From Acutalibacteraceae bacterium (GTDB lineage Bacteria > Bacillota > Clostridia > Oscillospirales > Acutalibacteraceae), in the NCBI GenBank assembly GCA_045588855.1, contig JAZNEX010000115.1, positions 6,993-70,992 on the forward strand: DNA of 64,000 bases, read 5' to 3'. Shown here piece after piece: positions 57,057 to 64,000 of the stretch (within the stretch, counting starts at the first letter, position 1; each line of letters opens with the position of its first letter). A program made the position numbers and the translations under genes. A model generated the notes under the pieces. It did not search any database. It was not told the origin of the DNA and worked only from the letters and a program-made list of their open reading frames with translations.

Positions 57057-58208
57057 ATGAAGATGTTAAAAAATGTAAAGATTTCGACAATTTTATATAT
57101 TTCGGTTATTTCAACCTTCTTTTTTGTTCTTGTTGTTTTCTTTATCGGTGGTGTTATACTTCCTGACAGGGAATATTCCGAAACTGAAAACCGAAAACTC
57201 GCCGAGTTTCCTGTTGTTACGGTTGAAAATATTTTTTCAGGTAAATTTATGACTGATTTTGAAACATATCTTTCAGATCAGTTCATCAACCGGGATTTTA
57301 TTGTTTCGGTAAAAACAATAATTTCGTCTGCATTGGGAAACAAGGAAGTCAACGGAGTTTATATCGGTAAAAATGACAGATTGTTTGAGGTTCCGTCTGA
57401 ATACAATATTGACGATCTGACTAATAAAGCAAAAATCATTAATGATTTTGCTGATAAGTATAATATTGAGAATAAGTATTTTATTCTTGCACCAAATTCA
57501 ACTGAAATAATACCGGAATTGCTGCCGTCATTTCTGAATTGCGAGAAGCAGCAATCTCGTATTGAAACATTTTATAATACTATTTGTGATAAGTATACGT
57601 GCATTGATTGTGTTGAGCCTTTATTACATCACCCGAATCGTAATGAATTATACCTGAAGACCGACCATCATTGGACTTCAACTGCTGCCAAGATTGTTTT
57701 TAATAATTTTGCAGACAAGGCAGGTCTTACAACAGAAGGTATCAGTTATCAGAATATTCTCCTGAGTAATAGTTTTTCAGGTACTCTGGCATCTTCTTCC
57801 GGTGTTGAAAAAACAACAGATAGTCTGGTAGCTATAGTCCCTGACGGAATTGCTGACACTTTCATTGTTCATAATTATGATACTCAGGCTAAGAAAACTA
57901 CTTTTTTTGAAAAAGACAAACTTGAAACAAAAAATCAATATGAAGTCTTCTTTGGCGGAAACTTCTCACGTATCAGAATTTTTACAGAGAATGTCAACGG
58001 ACGCAATCTTTTACTATTTAAGGATTCATATGCTAATTGTTTTATTCCCATGCTAATTCCTCATTATGAAAATATTATTATAATCGATCCGCGATATTTT
58101 TCCGGTAACATCGAAGATGTTATGGCTGATTATAATTACACTGATCTTTTGTTTTTATATAATCTGAATACTTTTCTTGAAGATACTTCTCTTGATACTG
58201 TAATATAA
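57057..58208 (+). CDS. DHHW-family protein (AlgX/AlgJ/DltD-like acyl-transfer partner)
   Basis: N-terminal TM segment and the KTDHHWTS motif; directly downstream of the MBOAT gene. Confidence 0.8.
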   Translation: MKMLKNVKISTILYISVISTFFFVLVVFFIGGVILPDREYSETENRKLAEFPVVTVENIFSGKFMTDFETYLSDQFINRDFIVSVKTIISSALGNKEVNGVYIGKNDRLFEVPSEYNIDDLTNKAKIINDFADKYNIENKYFILAPNSTEIIPELLPSFLNCEKQQSRIETFYNTICDKYTCIDCVEPLLHHPNRNELYLKTDHHWTSTAAKIVFNNFADKAGLTTEGISYQNILLSNSFSGTLASSSGVEKTTDSLVAIVPDGIADTFIVHNYDTQAKKTTFFEKDKLETKNQYEVFFGGNFSRIRIFTENVNGRNLLLFKDSYANCFIPMLIPHYENIIIIDPRYFSGNIEDVMADYNYTDLLFLYNLNTFLEDTSLDTVI

Positions 58209-58322
58209 GAAAAAATCTTACGATTTATCAACCCCCTGCCCCCAATCTTGGGGGAATCGGTGTTTCTTGATATATGCAAATTGCTCACTTTTGCGAGCAA
58301 TTTCCTATATATTAAAAAACAG
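58205..58322 (+). repeat. copy B of the 118/119-nt non-coding repeat element
   Basis: Equals the reverse complement of 8436-8554 (1 substitution, 1-nt homopolymer indel); overlaps the stop codon of the DHHW gene. Confidence 0.9.
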
Positions 58323-58347
58323 ATGCACTGAAAAAATGTACATCTGT
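58319..58347. terminator. bidirectional intrinsic terminator
   Basis: ACAGATGCAC / GTACATCTGT stem (1 mismatch) flanked by an A-run and a T-rich tail, between convergent genes. Confidence 0.65.
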
Positions 58348-58354
58348 ATATTTA

Positions 58355-59167
58355 TTATATATTGTAGCAGAGTTCTTGTCTGTTAATAAAAAAGTACAGT
58401 TCATTGATTCCGTGTTTTTTTAATAAATTATGGACTTTCTGTATGTCTTTATTTATGTCGATAGCATTATGGGAATCGTTGCCTAATGAAAGTTTTTTTC
58501 CGCCCAGATGTAAATACAAATCTATTATGTCAATGTCCGGCATTAAATAACCATTGTTATAACCTGAGATATTTATTTCAAGAACTTTATTTCTGTTTAT
58601 TACAACTCTTAGAATTCTTTCTATTTGTTCTAGGTAATGTTTGACTTCAACATTTTTATTATATTTGTATTTTATATATCTGAAAATTACGGTTATATGG
58701 CATAGTATATCATAATCATAATTTAACGCGGTCTGATACAGATTTTCAAAGTATTTCTTGATATACGCCTCAAGCATATCTTCGTCAAATGCAGAAAAGT
58801 CTATTGTTGAAAACGGCATTTCATATTTTTCAAATTTAACAGCATGTACCGAACAAAGTACAACATCCCAGTCAAATGAGCTTATGATTTTTTTGTAAAA
58901 AAATTCATCATATAAAGCATCTCCGATTTCTATGCCTGCAGCAATCATAAGCTGCTGTCTGTATTTTTTACTTAGTAATTTTGTTTCATTGTAGGATTTT
59001 TCTATTCTGCTGATCATTTCTCTATCTTTCGAATATTCACAATCACAATGATCAGTAACTGCAAAGCCGGATAAATTACCTGATATTGCATATTTTATCA
59101 TATCCTCAATTTTTCCGGTTGCATCATGTGAATAGCCTGAATGTGTATGACTATTATATAAGCTCAT
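58355..59167 (-). CDS. PHP-domain histidinol-phosphatase (HisJ family)
   Basis: N-terminal HTHSGYSHDA PHP motif; about 270 aa; GAGGT RBS. Confidence 0.8.
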   Translation of the reverse strand: MSLYNSHTHSGYSHDATGKIEDMIKYAISGNLSGFAVTDHCDCEYSKDREMISRIEKSYNETKLLSKKYRQQLMIAAGIEIGDALYDEFFYKKIISSFDWDVVLCSVHAVKFEKYEMPFSTIDFSAFDEDMLEAYIKKYFENLYQTALNYDYDILCHITVIFRYIKYKYNKNVEVKHYLEQIERILRVVINRNKVLEINISGYNNGYLMPDIDIIDLYLHLGGKKLSLGNDSHNAIDINKDIQKVHNLLKKHGINELYFFINRQELCYNI

Positions 59168-59258
59168 TTTTATACCTCATTTTTTTTATTGAGATTATAT
59201 TATATCTTTTCTGTAAATTTTTCAATGTTAAATTAAATTTGATTCAGGATGTGATTCA

Positions 59259-59753
59259 ATGTATGATTTTGAGCAATTAGTTAATTTATTGAAGCTCAAA
59301 AAATTAACGATTTCAGCTGCGGAATCCTGTACAGGCGGGTTGTTTGCTGCAGATTTAGTAAGTGTTTCAGGTGCGTCTGAAGTTTTGTCTTCTTCATTTG
59401 TTGCCTATTCAGAGGACGCTAAAATATCCCTGCTTGGTGTTAAGCCTGATAATATAAGGAATTATGGTATTGTCAGTGAACAGGTCGCTCTTGAAATGGC
59501 AAAAGGTGCAGTTAAATTGTCAGGAGCAGATATTGCAGTCGGAATCACTGGTTTTGCAGGTCCTGCAATTGATGAAAATGATTCTTCTGCAGGAACTGTT
59601 TGTTTTGGGTTTACAGTCAACGGCAGATCTGTAACAACTACAAAGCATTTCGGAGATATCGGCAGAAATATAGTCAGGGAAGCTTCAGTTCATTATGCAG
59701 CTGTTACTCTTATCGCTTTAATCAATAAATTAGGTGATTCAGATGAAAACTAA
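59259..59753 (+). CDS. pncC: nicotinamide-nucleotide amidohydrolase (CinA C-terminal domain only)
   Basis: ISAAESCTGGLFA motif; 164 aa. Confidence 0.85.
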   Translation: MYDFEQLVNLLKLKKLTISAAESCTGGLFAADLVSVSGASEVLSSSFVAYSEDAKISLLGVKPDNIRNYGIVSEQVALEMAKGAVKLSGADIAVGITGFAGPAIDENDSSAGTVCFGFTVNGRSVTTTKHFGDIGRNIVREASVHYAAVTLIALINKLGDSDEN

Positions 59754-61077
59754 GTGTTTTACCAATACGCGTATAATTGCAGTGGGCTTCGGTATTATTG
59801 TAGTTATAGGAACAATACTTCTTCTTTTGCCTGTTTCATCTTCAGACGGTAATGGCGCTTCTTTTATGACGGCTTTTTTTACATCTGTTTCAGCATCGTG
59901 TGTTACGGGTTTGGTTGTTGCTGATACTTCGGTTCAATGGTCACTTTTCGGTCAATTTGTAATTCTCCTTCTCATTCAGACAGGTGGTCTGGGATTTATG
60001 ACTATTGCTACATTCTTTATGTCATTCGCAAAAAAGAATATTAATCTGCGCAATCGGACAATCATGGCAGAAAGCATTAATGCATCTCATATTGCCGGAT
60101 TAAAAAACATTACAAAAAAAATTATTACAGGCACTTTGCTTGTTGAATCTATCGGAGCTTTGATTCTCTCGCTTAGATTTATTGGTGATTTAGGGGTTAC
60201 TAAAGGTATATGGTATGGAATATTTCATTCCGTTTCAGCTTTTTGTAATGCCGGTTTTGATCTGTTCGGAATATATGGTGAATTTTCCTCTTTGATTAAT
60301 TTCACCGGGGATATTATTGTTAATTTAACAATAATGGCTTTAATCACAATCGGAGGAATCGGTTTTCTTGTCTGGGATGATTTAGCTGAAAATAAATTAA
60401 ATTTCAGGAAATATCAGCTTCACACAAAAATAGTTTTAACAGTAAGCTTTATTCTTACTTTTGTCGGTGCTATATTATTTTTTATTATTGAAAAAGACAA
60501 TGCTCTTGCAGATATGACTCTGACTGAAAAAATTTTCGGTTCATTATTTTCATCGGTGACATGCCGTACAGCAGGGTTTAACACAGTTGATTTTTCTTGC
60601 CTGTCAAAAGGTACTGTATTGATTATGTGTATGCTTATGTTTGTCGGCGGTTCTTCAGGCTCAACTGCAGGCGGTGTCAAAACAACAACTATTGCTGTTA
60701 TATTTTCTTATCTGTTTTCAAGTCTGAGAGGAGTTTCTCGTCCTGTTCTGTTCAGACGAACAATTGATAACGAAACTCACAGAAAAGCAGTAACTGTTTG
60801 TGTATTTAATCTTACACTTATTTTTATATCTGTGATACTTATCTGCTGTTTAGATAATCTACCGCTTGATGATGTACTTTTTGAAATATTTTCAGCTATC
60901 AGTACTGTTGGAATGACAACCGGAATCACACGAGACTTATCCTTAGTATCCAAATTAATTGTTATATTGTTAATGTTTTGCGGTAGAGTTGGCAGCATTT
61001 CCTTTGCTCTTGCATTGCTCGAAAAAAAACCACAACCCCCTGTGCGGTATCCTATTGAATCAATAACAGTCGGTTAA
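59743..61077 (+). CDS. ktrB: TrkH/KtrB-family potassium transporter membrane subunit
   Basis: Repeated pore-loop pattern with GF/GG motifs (TGGLGF, NAGFD, RTAGFN, VGMTTG); ATG at 59743 follows an AGGTGA RBS. Confidence 0.9.
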   Translation: MKTKCFTNTRIIAVGFGIIVVIGTILLLLPVSSSDGNGASFMTAFFTSVSASCVTGLVVADTSVQWSLFGQFVILLLIQTGGLGFMTIATFFMSFAKKNINLRNRTIMAESINASHIAGLKNITKKIITGTLLVESIGALILSLRFIGDLGVTKGIWYGIFHSVSAFCNAGFDLFGIYGEFSSLINFTGDIIVNLTIMALITIGGIGFLVWDDLAENKLNFRKYQLHTKIVLTVSFILTFVGAILFFIIEKDNALADMTLTEKIFGSLFSSVTCRTAGFNTVDFSCLSKGTVLIMCMLMFVGGSSGSTAGGVKTTTIAVIFSYLFSSLRGVSRPVLFRRTIDNETHRKAVTVCVFNLTLIFISVILICCLDNLPLDDVLFEIFSAISTVGMTTGITRDLSLVSKLIVILLMFCGRVGSISFALALLEKKPQPPVRYPIESITVG

Positions 61078-61089
61078 ACGGAGGTAAGT

Positions 61090-61734
61090 ATGAAATCATT
61101 TCTTATAATTGGTATGAGCACGTTCGGTCAGCATCTTCTTAAACAACTTTATGAAAAAAAATGTGATATTTTTATTGCAGATAAAAATGAAGAAATGGTA
61201 ACGCCTAATCTTTCATATTCAGTTTCTGCTAAAATAGCTGATTGCACAAATGAAAATGTTCTTAAAAGCTTTGGAGTGGATGAATTTGATTGTTGTTTTG
61301 TTTGTCTAGGCGGAAATTTCACCGAGGCACTGGAGATTTCATCTTTATTAAAAGAGCTTGGGGCAAAAAAAATTATTGCAGAAGTAAATCGTGATATAGA
61401 AAAAAAGTTTTTGCTGAGAAACGGTGCCGATGAGGTAGTATATCCTGAAGAAGATATGGCGATGCGTATTGCAAATGAGGAGAGCAGTGATTCTGTGTTT
61501 GATTATTTTGCATTATCTGACGGATATTCAATTTATGAAATATCCGTGCCGCAAAGTTGGGCAGGAAAGTCAGCTAAGGAGCTTCGCATACGTGAAAAAT
61601 TTAGTCTTAATATAATTGCGGTAAGAAGAAATGCACATATAACACCTATTGTTTCTCCCGATTTTCGCTTTTTTACTGATGATCATATAATTGTAATGTG
61701 TCATAATGATGATATTAAAAAATTTATCAAATAA
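61090..61734 (+). CDS. ktrA: TrkA/KtrA-family potassium uptake regulatory subunit (RCK)
   Basis: N-terminal Rossmann-like IIGMSTFG and a C-terminal TrkA_C-like region; GGAGG RBS. Confidence 0.9.
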   Translation: MKSFLIIGMSTFGQHLLKQLYEKKCDIFIADKNEEMVTPNLSYSVSAKIADCTNENVLKSFGVDEFDCCFVCLGGNFTEALEISSLLKELGAKKIIAEVNRDIEKKFLLRNGADEVVYPEEDMAMRIANEESSDSVFDYFALSDGYSIYEISVPQSWAGKSAKELRIREKFSLNIIAVRRNAHITPIVSPDFRFFTDDHIIVMCHNDDIKKFIK

Positions 61735-61735
61735 A

Positions 61736-61775
61736 AATAATGCGTTGTACCATAATACAACGCATTATTTTTATT
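61736..61775. terminator. bidirectional intrinsic terminator
   Basis: 14-bp stem AATAATGCGTTGTA / TACAACGCATTATT flanked by an A-run and a T-run. Confidence 0.75.
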
Positions 61776-63267
61776 TTTCCTTTCTTTCTTCAAGAGCAGC
61801 AAGAATTCGGTTATATTCATTTTCATCAATCTTATATTTTTTCATGGTAATAATTAATCCGATTCCCATAAAAATAATTGGAAGAAAAGCCATAACTGCT
61901 CTGAGTGCGAATGTCATACCGTCTGTAGCATCAGTAAGTACAGTTTCAATGTAATTGGTTTTATAAGTCTCAGTCCAGACTTCAGGATTTGAAATTGCTG
62001 AATTTTCGGCATCAGCAATTTTATTCGTAATATCTGTCAGGCCTATTGCAAGATATACAATCATAATTATTAACTGCTGAAGAGAGCTTGACATCTTTGA
62101 CATGAATGGCTTCACAGAGAATATCAATGCTTCATTTCGTTCACCTGTTATCAGTTCATTGTATTCAACTGTATTTGCCAGAAGAATTGCAGCAATCAGA
62201 TAAAAGAGAGCACCGCCGATTCCGATAAATAATGCTTCTACACAGAGAATATAGTATGCTATTTCTTGATTCTTGATAAAAGTTTCAGTCAACATAAATG
62301 CGATGTAGCCAATAATTATCAAAACGAAAGACATTTTAATTATCTGATTTCTTGTGAATTTTTTGGTAAGCATCGGGTAAATTAAAAATGTTAGACCTGA
62401 CGCAGCACCATATGCTACAACAAAGAGAGTTGTATTTGATCCTTCATAGCCGTATGAGAGATATATATAATTTGTACCGAAGGCCGTTAATAAAGCACTG
62501 GTCATGCTTGCAAAAAGAAGAATGAGTGAAGTCCATAGTACCTGCTTGTTATTAAAAATTATCTTAACCATTTTCTTTATGCCGATTTTTTCAGAATTAT
62601 CAGAAAGCTTAGGTAACGGCTTTTCTTTAACACCCGCACATACAAATACCTGACAACCTATAAATGTGATGGCAATGATAATGGAAACAAATTTATATCC
62701 GGTTACTGCACTATTTCCAATAGCACCTGAACCGACAGTAAGAATAGGGATGAGAAGATTTGCGAGAATTGTACCGAGACCTGCAAAAAGATTTGCCATT
62801 GAAGTTATAACATCTCTTTGTCTGGGTTCACTGGAAAGAGCTGGAACCATTGACCAATAAGCAATATCATTCATAGTATATGTGAGATCCCAAAGGATAT
62901 AAAGGAATGCAAAGGCAACTACAAATGCAATACCTTCAAGATTTATGGTATACATAAGCACAAGAACAATTGCATTTGTTATAACGCCGATAAAAATCCA
63001 AGGCTTAAATTTGCCGAATTTTGTTCTTGTGTTTTCAATAATTCCACCCATAATCGGGTCATTAATTCCATCCCAAATCCGACAGATTATCATTATAATG
63101 CTGATTGCGGCAAACTGACCATCTGTAATATTTTTGGTATAAAGTATAAATGTTAAGAGAAATGAAGTATAGAGCGTATAAGCAAGATCTCTGCCGATTC
63201 CTCCAAGTGAATAAATCCATTTGTTACGATTAAAATAATTTTTGTTTTTTGTAGAAGTATTTTTCAT
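61771..63267 (-). CDS. GPH-family glycoside/cation symporter (MelB-like)
   Basis: GPH signature NTRTKFGKFKPW and about 12 TM segments. ATG at 63267 follows a GGGTGA RBS; the ORF track starts at 63282. Confidence 0.85.
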   Translation of the reverse strand: MKNTSTKNKNYFNRNKWIYSLGGIGRDLAYTLYTSFLLTFILYTKNITDGQFAAISIIMIICRIWDGINDPIMGGIIENTRTKFGKFKPWIFIGVITNAIVLVLMYTINLEGIAFVVAFAFLYILWDLTYTMNDIAYWSMVPALSSEPRQRDVITSMANLFAGLGTILANLLIPILTVGSGAIGNSAVTGYKFVSIIIAITFIGCQVFVCAGVKEKPLPKLSDNSEKIGIKKMVKIIFNNKQVLWTSLILLFASMTSALLTAFGTNYIYLSYGYEGSNTTLFVVAYGAASGLTFLIYPMLTKKFTRNQIIKMSFVLIIIGYIAFMLTETFIKNQEIAYYILCVEALFIGIGGALFYLIAAILLANTVEYNELITGERNEALIFSVKPFMSKMSSSLQQLIIMIVYLAIGLTDITNKIADAENSAISNPEVWTETYKTNYIETVLTDATDGMTFALRAVMAFLPIIFMGIGLIITMKKYKIDENEYNRILAALEERKEK

Positions 63268-63368
63268 AAAATCACCCATCAAAAATTCTTAAAATTATTT
63301 TATTACATTTATAAAATTCTGTCAATGTGATGATAAAATAGATTAATAAAAAAATACACAAAATAATA

Positions 63369-63397
63369 TTGACATTTTTGTGGTAATGTGTTAATTT
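63369..63397 (+). promoter_or_regulatory. sigma-A promoter with extended -10, driving the T-box leader
   Basis: TTGACA, 17-nt spacer ending in TGt, then TAATTT. Confidence 0.5.
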
Positions 63398-63406
63398 AAT
63401 CACAAA

Positions 63407-63660
63407 GGCTGTGACCGGAAACCAGTAACATATTTGAAGTTTTCAGAGAATTGTCGGTTGGTGCAAGACATAAACGAATTTTATGCGAATTCATTCCGTG
63501 AGCTGTGTGCTGAAAATTTACAGTAGGCTACAACGGGAGCACCCGTTACAGTGCAGGGGTATGAATGTACTCCGTGAGGGAGTTTTTGTGAGAAAATTCC
63601 GAATATGAGGTGGTAACACGGTATATCCGTCCTCTGCAAATTATGCAGAGGATTTTTTTA
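63407..63660 (+). promoter_or_regulatory. T-box leader (tRNA-sensing transcription attenuator), probable Phe (UUC) specifier
   Basis: Stem I parts: K-turn-like GGCT-GTGA-CCGGAA / TTCCG-TGA-GCT, AGTA (63424-63427), AGAGA (63445-63449), distal-loop GGTGCAA (63460-63466). Also an F-box CCGTTA (63543-63548), T-box core AATATGAGGTGGTAACACGG (63602-63621) and the terminator CCTCTGCA/TGCAGAGG plus T7 (63631-63659). Confidence 0.8.
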
Positions 63661-63694
63661 TTTTATCCTCTGCCATTCCAAAGGAGGAAAAATT

Positions 63695-64000
63695 ATGTGG
63701 CAAGAAAAAATTGAAACAATGCCCAGAGAAGAGCTTGAAGCTCTTCAGAGTAAAAGACTCAGAAATCAGGTCAAAAGAATGTATGAAAGGGTAGAGCTTT
63801 TTAAGGTCCGTATGGATAAAGCAGGCCTCAAGCCTGAAGATATCAAAGGAATTGAAGACCTTCATAAACTTCCTTTCTCATATAAGCAGGATCTTCGTGA
63901 TTATTATCCTTACGGACTTTTTGCTGAACCTATGGAAAAAATAAAACGAGTTCATGCATCCAGCGGAACGACAGGCAAAAAAATTGTTGTAGGCTATACA
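63695..64000 (+). CDS. phenylacetate-CoA ligase family protein (PaaK-like), 5' part only, runs off the window
   Basis: My translation is MWQEKIETMPREELEALQSKRLRNQVKRMYE...RVHASSGTTGKKIVVGYT, with the PaaK N-terminal pattern and the AMP-binding P-loop SSGTTGK. AAGGAGG RBS. Absent from the ORF track because there is no stop within the window. Confidence 0.85.
   Translation, partial: MWQEKIETMPREELEALQSKRLRNQVKRMYERVELFKVRMDKAGLKPEDIKGIEDLHKLPFSYKQDLRDYYPYGLFAEPMEKIKRVHASSGTTGKKIVVGYT

Noticed and set aside
8436-58322. The idea that the inverted repeats delimit a composite transposon, genomic island or invertible regulatory switch
   Set aside because: There is no transposase, integrase or invertase gene inside or adjacent. 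The block is full of core genes (dnaE, pfkA, trmK, rqcH, sporulation genes). The repeats lie at gene 3' ends rather than around a promoter.
63641-63865. 74-aa minus-strand ORF
   Set aside because: It spans the T-box terminator, the RBS and the 5' end of the PaaK-like gene on the other strand, so it is a shadow ORF.
1-64000. Scan for CRISPR arrays, tandem repeats, rRNA genes, prophage or defence-system genes, IS elements and group II introns
   Set aside because: None seen. There are no regularly spaced direct repeats, no nuclease/helicase/ATPase clusters of defence type, and no transposase, integrase or reverse-transcriptase-like ORFs in the six-frame track.

Overview
AT-rich chromosomal segment from a spore-forming Clostridia-type Firmicute. 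Sporulation genes present are sigG, ylmC/ymxH, ylbJ, yqfC and yqfD; the overall gene content looks like a gut or rumen Oscillospiraceae/Ruminococcus-like organism, but I cannot verify taxonomy without a search. I support about 57 protein-coding genes, one tRNA-Gln(CUG), one T-box leader, several sigma-A-like promoters, one sigma-E-like promoter and about a dozen intrinsic terminators. Content is mostly core metabolism and information processing: gdhA, rsmF-like, rsmE, pncB, pncC, trmK, nif3, rqcH, dnaE, pfkA, ktrAB. Interleaved with this are cytoplasmic carbohydrate-utilisation genes: GH38 and GH92 mannosidases, araBAD, two GPH-type symporters, a 10-gene sugar operon at 15.2-24.8 kb, and a surface O-acylation module (SGNH/MBOAT/DHHW). 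I found no transposase, integrase, CRISPR array, restriction or other recognisable defence genes, and no prophage genes. The most unusual signals are listed here. (1) A near-identical 118/119-nt non-coding element occurs twice in inverted orientation (8436-8554 and 58205-58322). Each copy is wedged between a stop codon and a different terminator hairpin. (2) A T-box leader whose specifier appears to be the Phe codon UUC lies in front of a phenylacetate-CoA ligase (PaaK-like) gene at the window end. (3) A translationally coupled operon combines zinc-ribbon and Big_2 membrane proteins, a GPH symporter, an unclassified clan GH-A-like enzyme and a cytoplasmic beta-lactamase-fold hydrolase with two xylose-isomerase-like TIM barrels and a Gfo/Idh/MocA oxidoreductase, a gene set reminiscent of oxidative (3-keto) glycoside cleavage. 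(4) araBAD is packed directly against dnaE with a 1-nt gap. All functional calls rest on motif and family recognition by eye from the supplied translations; nothing was searched against a database.
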